A stretch of DNA of 64,000 bases from contig OZ024742.1 in assembly GCA_964016885.1 (NCBI GenBank), forward strand, positions 336,908,001 to 336,972,000. The letters run 5' to 3'. The first letter of the stretch is position 1. Each line of letters begins with the position of its first letter. The notes beneath the pieces are model-generated. The model worked only from the letters and a program-made list of their open reading frames with translations, was not told where the DNA came from and searched no databases. The position numbers were made by a program, and so were the translations under genes. This stretch comes from Eledone cirrhosa. Taxonomy: Eukaryota. Positions 28,496 to 39,862 of this stretch are shown here, piece by piece.

Positions 28496-30706
28496 TGTAA
28501 GAATCTTTGTTAAGCTATCTTCTAAACAATGATAAAGTTTTAGTTATATTACTAAATCTCCAAACTCTTGATTATTTTCAAAATTATTTGAAAATTATAG
28601 GCAGGTCATACATTAGAAATATGGTAACAAAAAGGTTAAACATCAACAGAAGTGCTATGGTTTAAGTCTCTCAGGGAACCTTCATTGTTTGATTGGTATC
28701 TCAAACAATAGAATGTTCAATTTATAAGTAGTTGTTCAAGATTATCAGTGCAAGATATGGCTGTTTTATACAGGAAATATTTCAATAATTCATAAAACAA
28801 TTTACAACACACAAATCTACATGTTTGTTCCCATATACACTGTATCACTGCAAGAAGTGACTAAAAGGACACCCAGCCATAAAACAATGCTTCAAAAGGG
28901 ACACCCACCCACCCCCATGAGACTCAGAAGACTAACCCTAGCTTTAGCAGGGGTTAGCAATAAAACATTAGCTGCTAGCAGCTGCATTTCTAAGGAAAGA
29001 CATTGCCAGTGTTTCAATTAATTTTTGAAAATAGTCAAAACTTTTAGAGAAATCTAGAAATATAACTAACTTTCTCATTATTTCCTGCAAAATTAGGGGT
29101 TAGTCTTGCAGCCCCCATAAGTTTTATAGTTATCATGGAGTCCTTTCTGAAGTAATATTTTACAACCAGATGCCTTTCCAAGTGCCAGCTCTTTATGTTA
29201 TCTCTTACAACATTCAGAGATGTGTTATTTCTATTCTAAACTAAATACATACAGGCATAAAACAATTTTAAAGAGAATTTACTTTTGGCTTTCCACACAA
29301 CAATTTCTGAAAATCAACATGGTGTTTGTTTTTTTTACTAAACACAAAACATTGGTAATGGTACTTATTTTCGATACTAACCCATCCCAAACTGCCTGTT
29401 TCTATGAAATAAAACCAACCATTTTCAAGGATTTCTACTTTAAAACATTCCAAAATAATTTTATATAAGAACATTTTGTGTTACAAATACCATCTTAATG
29501 AAATTACAATTTTAGTAATTCTTTCCATTAATTAATTAAAATACAAAGTATTTCATTAGAAATACAATAAAAGGTTTATTTACAATTTTTTTATAATATA
29601 AAATGCTTTCCTTTTAAAAACCATCCATCATAATTTTATGTAAGGTCCAGCTTAAAAATCAGAAAGATATAGTACGATAACTCTGCAAACTGAAGGTGTA
29701 ATCAAAGTGAGAACGAGATGGAAGAAGTTCAAGAAGCTGTAACATCTGCTGTCAACAAAAAGCAGATTATATAGTGGAATTCGAAGTGTTATGCTACATG
29801 GCAGCAAGACGCAGGCCTTGAGTGTAAATTTATGATGAAATTAAGCATGAATACTCCACTGGATGTGTTATGTTGAAGGATAAGTGAAATAAGAGAAAAG
29901 CTAAGTATAAGAGTAACTGGGTGGATGTGCAAGAGAGACAATTGTCTTGGTATAGAAATGTGATGTGTAAAGAGTGCAAGAGTTGTATAAAAAAAAAAGT
30001 GCTGGACACTTGAAATAGACAGAACTTATTGAAGATCAAAGAAAACATGGGACGAAGTTATGAAGAAAATTAACAAAATTAACAACTCATCTATCATTGC
30101 AATTAGCATTCATAACCTCCTATTGTTTAAGGTATCTGTTTTAGTAACTAGTTTTAAACATTGTTATTTACATATGAATGTTTGAGAAAATCAGAAATCT
30201 TTTATATTGGTGCTAGAATGGGCTTCTTCGCTGTAGAAACAAAGTAAAAGAATTGAGAACACCCTTCAGTCAGGACACAGCACCTTCTTTAGTGTTAGGG
30301 CCACAAAACATGTATCCTGTACGTCCTGTAAGATGGTTGGTGACAAGAAAGGCCTCTAGTCATAGAAATTATGCCAAACAAAGGGTCAAGAAGACTCTTT
30401 AGTTGTGTCAACATCCTGAGTATTGATGTCACATAAATGTGACAACCTGTTCGACTCTTGCTAGCAAGAAGAACTGAAGCTAAATGATGCTGATATATCA
30501 TCATCATTTTATATAGTAACAATCATGATATACATAAATGATTTCTGATTTTTTAAAACATTCATCATACTCTTCCAGTTTTCCTTCGGTTGTAACGTTT
30601 TTCGAAATATTTACTTCTGCATCCACAGATTGATTTTTTTTTAGTTTCAGAAGATCCTGTTAAGGGTGAAAGCAGCAATTCTTTGCTTAAACTTTAATCT
30701 GTTCTT

Positions 30707-30709
<3 letters not shown>

Positions 30710-30792
<83 letters not shown>
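30710..30792. repeat. (CA)n microsatellite; also (TG)n 60165-60239, (TA)n 1563-1619, 8622-8668, 49413-49443
   Basis: Directly visible. Confidence 0.97.
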
Positions 30793-30794
<2 letters not shown>

Positions 30795-30906
30795 GTGCAT
30801 ATGCATGTGTATTTTACAATACATGTAGTGAAAACATTAGTATTGTGTGTGTATATATGTGTATGCATATGTGCAAATAGAAAAATTATACTTAAAATCT
30901 ATTTAC

Positions 30907-31245
30907 CTTCCAGTTTCCTTGGTGTGCTAGGTCCAAGAGATCTACTGCCTTCACTGTCCCGTCGTTGTCTCTTAACTCCTGTATTATCGAAATTATGAAC
31001 ATGAGTATTATCCTTTCGAAAATTATCCTTGATTGATGTCTCTTGCAACTGTCCGCCCTTTTGAACCCACTGGCTAGTCCTCTGTGCAACAACATCTTGC
31101 AAATCTTTAGGCGGTCCAGTTTTAATTTTCTCAGATAATGGTCTGTCTGATGATTTTGATGATTGATGTAAACTGACCTTATGGGGTTTATCAAATTTTT
31201 CTCCAACACTGGAATGTTTGGTTCTGTCATCTGAGGCTGGAAATG
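30907..31245 (-). CDS. WAC: WAC exon, 339 nt, low-complexity hydrophilic region (FPASDDRTKHSS...GPSTPRKLE); phase 1 to 1
   Basis: Acceptor ttctttcttcctgcctcacag|C and donor G|gtaaat. Same frame as ORF 30899..31294 and phase-compatible with both neighbours. Confidence 0.88.
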
Positions 31246-31269
31246 CTGTGAGGCAGGAAGAAAGAACAA

Positions 31270-31912
31270 ATATATGATATTTAGTAGGGTGCACACTAAA
31301 TATATGATATTTAGTAGGATGCAGACTAAATATATGATATTTAGTAGGGAACAGACTAAATATATGATATTTAGTAGGGAACAGACTAAATATATATTTA
31401 ATAGGGAACAGGCTAAATATATATTTAGTAGGGAACAGACCAAATATATGATATTTAGTAGGGAACAGACTATATATATGATATATAGTATGGAACAGAC
31501 TATATATATGATATTTAGTAGGGAACAGACTATATATATGATATTTAGTAGGGAACAGACTAAATGTATGATATTTAGTAGGGAGCAGACTAAATGTATG
31601 ATATTTAGTAGGGAGCAGACTATATATATGATATTTAGTAGGGAACAGACTATATATATGATATTTAGTAGGGAGCAGACTAAATATATATGATATTTAG
31701 TAGGGAACAGACTATATATATGATATTTAGTAGGGAACAGACTATATATATGATATTTGGTAGGGAACAGACTATATATATGATATTTGGTAGGGAACAG
31801 ACTATATATATGATATTTAATAGGGAGCAGACTAAATATATATTTAGTAGGGAGCAAGCAGACTATATATATGATATTTAATAGGGATCAGACTGAATAT
31901 AAGATATTTAGT
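31270..31912. repeat. Minisatellite with ~30-bp unit ATATATGATATTTAGTAGGGAACAGACTA(A/T), about 21 copies
   Basis: Directly visible; yields the MIFSREQTKY repeat ORFs and abuts the WAC 3' splice site at 31246. Confidence 0.97.
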
Positions 31913-33425
31913 AAAAAAAAGTAAAAGAAAAAAGTTTATCATTCACATTTGAAAATCCCATTTTCTATTACTATTTATAAATTGATATAAACCAAGCCAA
32001 ATATGAAATGTATGAGCAAGATGTGGTTCTACGACCAGTCTAGTTTAAGACTGACAACCCATCCAACCCATGCCAGCATGGAAAAATTATGACAATGATG
32101 ATTTTTTGGGGGGTAGACTTAATCTCGGCCCAATCTAAATACAAATGGAGAGGCCTTATTAGACTTCTGTTATAGTAAAGGGCTCTCTATTATGAACATA
32201 GTATATGGGGAATAGGGAGCAGAGATCAATAATGGATTTTGTTATTGTCTCTGATCTCTTCAATTCTATGCTGGGTGTTCATGTTGAGAAGGGTTGAGCT
32301 GTCAACTGATCACCGTCTAGTTATCTGCAACCTAAGACCACAAAACTTGCAGGTCAAGCTCGACCTACAGAATCAAACAAAATCAGGAATAGGTTTGCAG
32401 ATACTATTGCATCCAAATTCAAGCAAACAAAGGACATTGAATTGAAATGAAGTGGAGACTGTTTAGATCTGAATTTCTGTTTCAGCTGTTAAATGCTGCA
32501 GACAAAAGTGGGTTTGTGTGGCGCCGAATGGAAGGAGGACTCCTTGGTTCAATCAAGATATAAGTCTTGCACTTGTGGTACAAGCAGGCACAAAAATTTG
32601 TAGCAGAGACAGTAAAGGTGACCAAAGTTAAGATATGGGAGTACTTTAGAGTTAAGTTGGAATCAGGCTCCAGATCATCAAATATAGTTTTCTGGCAGAC
32701 CAACTCAAATATTGGAGGGCCGCTGGGGAGTATGAAATTCGGCTTGAGATGTTAAAAACCTTAAATAGAGGGATCTCTTTGTTAAGCCTCCCTGGTAACG
32801 TCTATGCTAAGTGTCTGGCAAAGAGAAGTAGGGATATTGTCCATGCTAGCTGATGAACAGTGTGGTTGTCACCCTGAACGCAGCACAGCTAGCCAAATAT
32901 TCACACTATGACAGGTCTTGGGAAAATTGTAGGAGTATTGCCAAGAGGTGCTTGCTTGTTTTGTAGGCCTCGAAATGGTATATGACTGCATTCCACAGGA
33001 CCTATCATGGAAGGTTCAGCAGGAGTATGGGATCGACAGACAACTCCTTGTTGCTCTGACATCTCTATACAAATGCCCTAGTATTTGCATTCAGATAAAT
33101 GGTTAAAATGACTCTTTAGCAATCTAATTGTTAACGTCAAAAATTTCCACATTCCTTTTTATTTTTTTTTTTTTTTTTGTGAGATGTGTTAACTCTTAAC
33201 ATGGACTGAATTAAACCCTCATTAACAAGACATAAGTATAAAACAGCAAAGACTATCATATTAAAAAATATTTTTCCTGTAATACTGCAAATTTTCACAA
33301 AGATTTATTTACAAGTAAAGATACATTTGAATTAAACTTTTTCTTTTATAAATATTTTAGAATAGGTAAGGTAGGTGTAACAACATTCATTTCCAAAAGA
33401 AATTGACACCCAAAACATGACTTAC

Positions 33426-33502
33426 ATTTACTATGTAAATTGGCATTGTGCTTGCTTGGAGCCTTATTTTCTTGTAACTTGTTATCTGTTCCCTTATTCG
33501 GC
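33426..33502 (-). CDS. WAC: WAC exon, 77 nt ((M)PNKGTDNKLQENKAPSKHNANLHSK); phase 2 to 1
   Basis: Acceptor ttcctattttctag|G and donor T|gtaagt. It exactly bridges the phase-2 end of the WW exon and the phase-1 start of the next exon, with no stops. Confidence 0.88.
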
Positions 33503-34434
33503 CTAGAAAATAGGAAAACATTGGTTTAAATACATTATCACATTTTGGTGAATGAATGAAAATAGGGGTGGGGGAAAAAGACAAGATAGAGATCAAATAA
33601 GCAACAAAAAAGTTTGTGAAGATGTGTAACCTAAGGTTATGAGTCCATACAGTTGGAAAAAATTAGTACCAGCAGCTGCTGAGAGATAGCCCCTGCAATG
33701 AAATGGGGGTGATGTTGGGGAGAGGTGTCTTTATGATAGGATTAGGGCTCCTATTATTAAAACACCCAAGACCCACCTCTGAAATGCAACCTCATAGGAA
33801 GCCAATTAAAACCTAGATGTGAACTGTTACAACACCACAAGTTATCATATATCACAAAACAAATTTCCAATTCTTCTTTCAATTCAAAAAGCAATTAATG
33901 TACAGTAATAAAATGCTGATCAGAGTAAAATTATTTGAAAATAAAAAATAATCAAATATTTTTTCACCCATTCATAACCATTCAAAGAATTTGGTATGAT
34001 TTAAACTAAAAATCTTTTTTTACATAAAGTTATAATGTAAAACCAGGAAAATTTCAAGTGATTTGATATAAAAAAAAAGTAAAAAAATGAAAATGCTGTG
34101 GAATTATGGTAAATAGGTATTCAAGAAATGAAAATGAAATTTGCAGTTCACACCTATGTATGTGGGTTTAATTGATCTCCTATGAAGTTACACCTCATGA
34201 TTTTCTTGGGTATTTTAATGACCAGAGCACCAATCCTACCATGAATGAAGTGTCTTGCAAAAAAAAAAACAACAGGAAAAAATATTGCCACACAGTCAAA
34301 GAATCAAATCCATGACTATAGCACATGATCATGAGCCGAGCCCCTTGACCAAAAGGTCACACACCTTCATCTAACTACCTATAAATAAAATAGAAAAGGA
34401 AAGAAAAAAAAACCAGATGTAGGTTTATACTTAC

Positions 34435-34562
34435 ATATCATGCCATTCTTTAGGTTTTTCCCACTGTGATACTTCTGTCTTACAATTATAATAGTACTTT
34501 TTACCCGAAGAGCTAATGTGTTCTGACCAATCACCAAACACCCGCACTGCGGACTTTTGTAC
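34435..34562 (-). CDS. WAC: WAC exon encoding the WW domain ([42 protein letters not shown]); phase 0 to 2
   Basis: Acceptor ttcttctag|G and donor AT|gtaagt. The translation is nearly identical to the WAC WW domain as I recall it ([30 protein letters not shown]). Too short to appear in the ORF track. Confidence 0.96.
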
Positions 34563-35139
34563 CTAGAAGAAATAACATATTACATAATTATAATTATTAA
34601 ATATTAAAAGTATATATATAAAAAATAAAAAAATAAATAAAGGCTTCATTGGAAAGAAGATTAGGAAGATAAACAAATAAAGTATCTCTGATATGTGATA
34701 CTGCATTTCTTTCATTTATCTTGATACACATGTAATTTAGCCTACAGTATGTTAACTATGACACACATGTAACATGCTTACAGTCTTGTTAACTATAGTA
34801 CAGAGGTAACTGCAGAAATTACAAAGGAAGGAACACATGTAACCTAGCCAGCAGACAGTCTGTTGTTAATTAGAAGGAACTGATTATAAAAACCAATGAT
34901 TGATTGGAATTTAACCCTTTTGTTACCAAGCAACCTCAAACTACCCCTGAAAAATGTTGCATTTGGGGTTTATTTTATAGCCTAGGAAGAGGCAGCAAAC
35001 TTATCCCAAAGATGTGAATATTACTCTCATGAGTGAATCTTATAAAACTTTATAGAGAATCAAAAACTGATCACGGGTCGTGTATTTTTTTTTATTTAAA
35101 GAAGGAACCTTAGTCTTCATGATACAGTTTTGCCAATAT

Positions 35140-35935
35140 TCTCTTCTTCGCCCACTTATCCTAAGAGAATCATTGGGGCAGAGTCCTCAAACACTCCCTC
35201 CAGCAGGTCCTGTCAGAAGCAGCCGTCCCCAAGTATGACCAGCCAAGCTCATGGATGTTATCCAACCATCTTGCTCGGGGTCTACCCCTGTCTCCTACCC
35301 GTTGGTTTTGCCTGTAAAATCTGTCCAGCAATTCATTCCTGAGACATTCTAACCACATGCCCATAGTATTGGAGCTGTGATCTCTCAATTCAGAGAAGTA
35401 GCGGCTCTACCTGGAGTGACTCTCTAATCTCCGAGCTACACACTACTGAGTAACATTACTCCAAAGACCCTTCAGAGGAACCCATTTCGACCGCTTGTAT
35501 TCGTGATCGTATCTTTTGGTCATTACCCATGAGTCATGATCATAGGTAAAGGTTGGCACAAATACCAAATTGAAGTCTCCTGCCTTCCATCACTCGTGAA
35601 CACGGCCCCGAGATACTTGAACTTCTCTGCCTGCTTCAGTGGAACTCCATTCACATGTAAAGGGCACTGTACAGGCTTCCTTAAGAAGACGAATGTCTGT
35701 TTTCACAGCACTGATTTTCATTCCAGCCATGCGGCACTCGGCGTCAAACCTATCAAGTGCAAGTCGGAGATCATCTTCTGTTGAGTTGAGTAACACCATG
35801 TCGCCTGCAAATTCCAGCCGACTGATTTTACACCTGCCAATCATGATACCACTTTCAACCCGGCTACGCAAGTCAATACTGTTCATGTACATAATGAACA
35901 GGAGAGGTGACAGTATGCACCCTTGGCAGAGTGAA
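35140..35935 (-). mobile_element. RTE-type LINE (family C), 3' half
   Basis: ORF 35590..35940 reads QGCILSPLLFIMYM...LEFAGDMVLL...AGMKISAVKT. Confidence 0.85.
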
Positions 35936-37764
35936 AACAATGCCTAACTTATGTTAGTGAAAGTGATGTTAGTGAAAGTGATGATAATGAAAGCGATGAA
36001 GATGAGGAGAAAGAAGATGTCTTTATATCTTCAAATAAAATAAAGATACAGTAAAAGACATCAAACAGAAAAATCACAAAAATAAGACAATGGCAATAAC
36101 TTTTAAGAGCCCACAATAAAGGGATTCTCTCTCAGATAGATATAGTTAAATTGTGTGATACTTATGTTCAAACTGTTACTCTGCATGGTAGTGAGACATG
36201 GGTCATGAATACAGAAGATTTATGGAGACAGAAAAGGAATAAAGAATGCTAGTTCTGCTGGATGTATATTGTTAGTGTCTATAAATAACGGAGTACAAGT
36301 AAGCCGAGAGAAGGGCTAAGTTTAAATGGAATCAGATGTAGTCTGCAAAAGAGTTGTATGCACTGGTATTGATATGTTCATAACATGGGAAGCTTTGGTA
36401 GAGAGAGAAATCGGCACTAGGTATGCAAACTCCCTGAGCAAACTGTTCTCATTCTAGCGACTGTACTTACAGAATACCTACTTCCACTGCTAATTTGGTC
36501 ACACAACAGAAGCTGCCTACTTCTAGGGAGTACTTTCAGTAGCTGATAGAGCTTGTTTTAGGGGGGCTCTTGCTGCTTATTGCATATACATTTATATATA
36601 CATATACACATATAAACATATTACATATAAACATATTACATATTCATATAAACATACACATACATAAACTATGCTGCTTCAGTTGTGCCAAGGGCACAAC
36701 AATCTCTCTAGTGTTGGTGATCTATACAATAAACATACCCAGTACATAAACTGGTAGGTGATAGAGAGGGCATTCAGTCATACAAGGTTTACCAAACAAA
36801 GGATACAGAAGACTATTCAGTTGTGTCAAGGACATGACAATCTTCTTACGATAAATGAACCCAGTACAAGTGGTTGGGTGATAGGAAGGGCATCTAGTCA
36901 AAGAAAGCGTACCAAGCAAAGGGAAGGCCCTTTAGTTGTGCCAAAGACATAACAACCTCTCTAGTGCTGATGTAATGATAAAATGATCTTGGTAGAGAGT
37001 GGGGCTATATGTAAGTGAGATGTGAACTTCCAACCTATCTGGGAGGTCAGTAGCCCTGCTTGAGAACTGACACGGTCTGTGAAGATGTGACCAAATCATG
37101 CTAACAGGGAAAACCTATGTTAAAAGATGATGATGTGATATGGACAGATCTCCACAAACCATTAATAGTAAATCCTGACAAATTTCCAACTGGGTCACTT
37201 TTGTTCCACAGACAACCCCCATTACAGTATGGACTGAGTGCTTTTTATTGTGGCACCAAATTGATTGCCATACAAGGTGGACTAGGTGTTTTTGTTGTCA
37301 GCAGCACGACCGCCTTACAAGGGTTGACTGGATGCTTTCTGTCATGCCATCACCACCTTATAGTGTGGACTGGGTCCATACTTGATGTTAGCTATGGCAT
37401 CCAGCTGTAGAAACCAAGCCAAAATACAGATCCATATGAACATGTTAGTCTCCAGACCTAACATATCCCATAACATAACAACCTAACTAACCCATGCAAG
37501 TGTGGTAAAATGGATGTTAAACGATGATGCATGTACGTGTGTAGTGACCAAGGATAACAGCACAAAAAGTATCCAACCCATGCAAGCATAGAAAAGGAGA
37601 CGTAAAAACGATATCTTTCTTTTAGTTTTCCCCTCTCTACTTCCACATCCATTCTTGTCACCCATCTAAATCAATCACTTTCATACTTCCTGAACACATG
37701 ACAAAACTAATACACTAACTTACGTATAAAATACAGTAATATTGAAGAAATGATTATACTATAT

Positions 37765-38145
37765 ATATCATCATCATCATTTTACGTCTGCTTTTCCCTG
37801 CTTGCAAGGATGGGACGGGTCCTCTTCAGCACAGCATCTCTCCCTTCATCATGGTACCCCGTCATCTCCTCTGTGAGCTTCAACGATCTGAGGGCAGCTC
37901 TCACCACCTCCGCCCATGTTTTCGTGGTCTTCTACTGCGTCTTGCTTCCACTGGGATTTCTTGGCACTTCTTCACCCAGCTGCCATCTTCCATGCGCATC
38001 ACATGTCCATACCAACGCAGTCTTCTCTCCCGCATGCTACATCTTATCCCTCTTATACACAGTTTCACTCTCAATTCGTCTATGCTTGGTTGTTCATGCA
38101 CACCCATCAGAGAATGCTTGCTTCATTTCTCTCCAGCCCTCTAGT
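37765..38145 (-). mobile_element. RTE LINE (family A) 3' fragment
   Basis: ORF 37901..38107 reads ERRLRWYGHVMRM, with the family-A terminus and (GAT)n tail. Confidence 0.88.
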
Positions 38146-38843
38146 CCAGTAAGACGACTTCCCTAGTCCAGGTAGCACAAATAAAAGCACTCGGTCCATG
38201 CTATAAAATAGAGGAAATGGAAGTGGCACTCAGACATTAAAAACTATGCCAAAGTACGGGGTGGAGAGGGGCCCTGAGTCCAGTAAGACCTCTCTAGTGC
38301 TGGTGATAGGAAGGGCACCCAATCAGTATATTAATGCCAAAGAAATATGAGTACAACAGGTGTGTGCCATAGATAATGATTGGAGGACTGCGAGACTGTC
38401 ATGGATATTTTTTCTGAACACGATATTAAAATAAGTTGGGTTTCTTTATTTATTAAATTTCATAGCTTTTGATTAAACAAATGTTTTTATATATAATGAT
38501 TGCTTATTTTATATTTCCGCCGCTAATCCTTTTTTGTTTTCATAACATTTCACCATAATGCAGTTTTTATATATATATTTTTTAATGTATCATGGGTTGC
38601 TTTGCTGAGGGTGTAACACAGTCTCTCTTCAATTTCTATGCATATTGTCAATGACTTTTATTTGATGTATCATATCTACATACATATCTATATATGTGTA
38701 TAATATCAATATGGTTTTCTGCTAGTATATATAATAAATACAAAGACCAAAATCCAATGGGGACTCGATAAGGGTTGTATTTATGTGTGCGCATGTGCAT
38801 ATATATATATATCATCATTTTACGTCCGCTTTGCCCTGCTTGC

Positions 38844-39014
38844 AGTGAAAGAGTGAAGAATAACATGGTCGGCTGTACAAAAAGGGTTTTATTTATAGTA
38901 TTAACAATTGTTTCATTGATCAGGTGAGTCTAAAGGCCACTATGAAACAATTGTTAATGCTATAAATAAAACCCTTTTTGTACAGCCGACCATGTTATTC
39001 TTCACTCTTTCACT
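38844..39014. repeat. Long inverted repeat: 73-bp arms, 25-nt loop, one mismatch
   Basis: 38844-38916 is the reverse complement of 38942-39014 except for one T/G position. Confidence 0.97.
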
Positions 39015-39179
39015 ACTATTACTCCAAGAATAACTTGCATGGGAACTCGCTATTTAACTATGGAAACTTCTTGTTGAGTCAAACAACGCTGTACGTTAAA
39101 ACTATCCGCAGTACAGAGTACTCACAACCTCTAACTGGATTACCTAAAACGATAACTTGTTATCCCATATATATATATA

Positions 39180-39500
39180 TTTAATTAGAAAGTGAACAAC
39201 ACAATATATAACTACTCCATTACCAAAGGTTTCAGGGCCCTAGACAAAATTAACATACGTCTAGTTCGCTCATCAGATAGAGAGGTTATGAATATATTAA
39301 AATACGAAATGAAATTGATAATCTTATTAAAATTGAAAGTGGGGCTGGCTGGAAAATATAACAGAAAATATACATAAGAATATATATGAAAATTATACAG
39401 AAAAAAATTATATATAAAATTATAAAAATTAGGAGGCACATATGTACATTCATACACATATATACGTATTCAGATATAAGTAAGACTATGTGTATATATA
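39180..39500 (-). mobile_element. Penelope-like pLTR segment, inverted copy of about 47855-48285
   Basis: About 300 bp of clear reverse-complement homology, including the hammerhead motif. Confidence 0.75.
39208..39289 (-). ncRNA. Putative type-I minimal hammerhead ribozyme in a Penelope-like pLTR
   Basis: ATAAC-CT-CTCTAT CTGATGA [stem II with CTAGAC/GTCTAG] GAAA CC-TTT-GG TA ATGGAG-TA-GTTAT. Stems I and III pair by eye; the base of stem II is imperfect. Confidence 0.7.
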
Positions 39501-39504
39501 TAAA

Positions 39505-39815
39505 TCTATATTAATAAAGCTGACGGCCGTATGTATGTATGTAACAAACTTTTGGCAAAACGGCTGGACCAAACAGCACCAAATTAGCACCATAGATGTA
39601 ACTTTTTCCAAGTAAGAAAGTGGGGGTATTTTTGTCTACTAAATTTTGTTAAAAGATTAAAGATATTATTTACATATTCACTTCTTTAAAATGTTCAAAT
39701 GTCAACACTTCTGGTTATACGACATTCCTCTCTCTTTCTTAGTCTGTCTTTTTAGATAGATACATAGCTATAACGTCGCGCCCTTATATGTCTCTGTATG
39801 TCTGCATTATGAAAA
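39505..39815 (+). mobile_element. Helitron-like element, 5' part
   Basis: A|TCTATATTAATAAAGCTG...(GTAT)n...AACGGCTGGACC start. The internal module GACATTCCTCTCTC...GTCGCGCCCTTATA also occurs at 44240-44345 (-) and 44547-44640 (+). Confidence 0.6.
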
Positions 39816-39862
39816 CCTTGGGTGTATATATGTGTATATATATAGATATATATATATGTATG

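Noticed and set aside
31274-31881. MIFSREQTKY repeat proteins, or a CRISPR-like array
   Set aside because: The units are contiguous with no unique spacers and there are no cas genes. This is a eukaryotic minisatellite whose 30-bp period keeps frames open.
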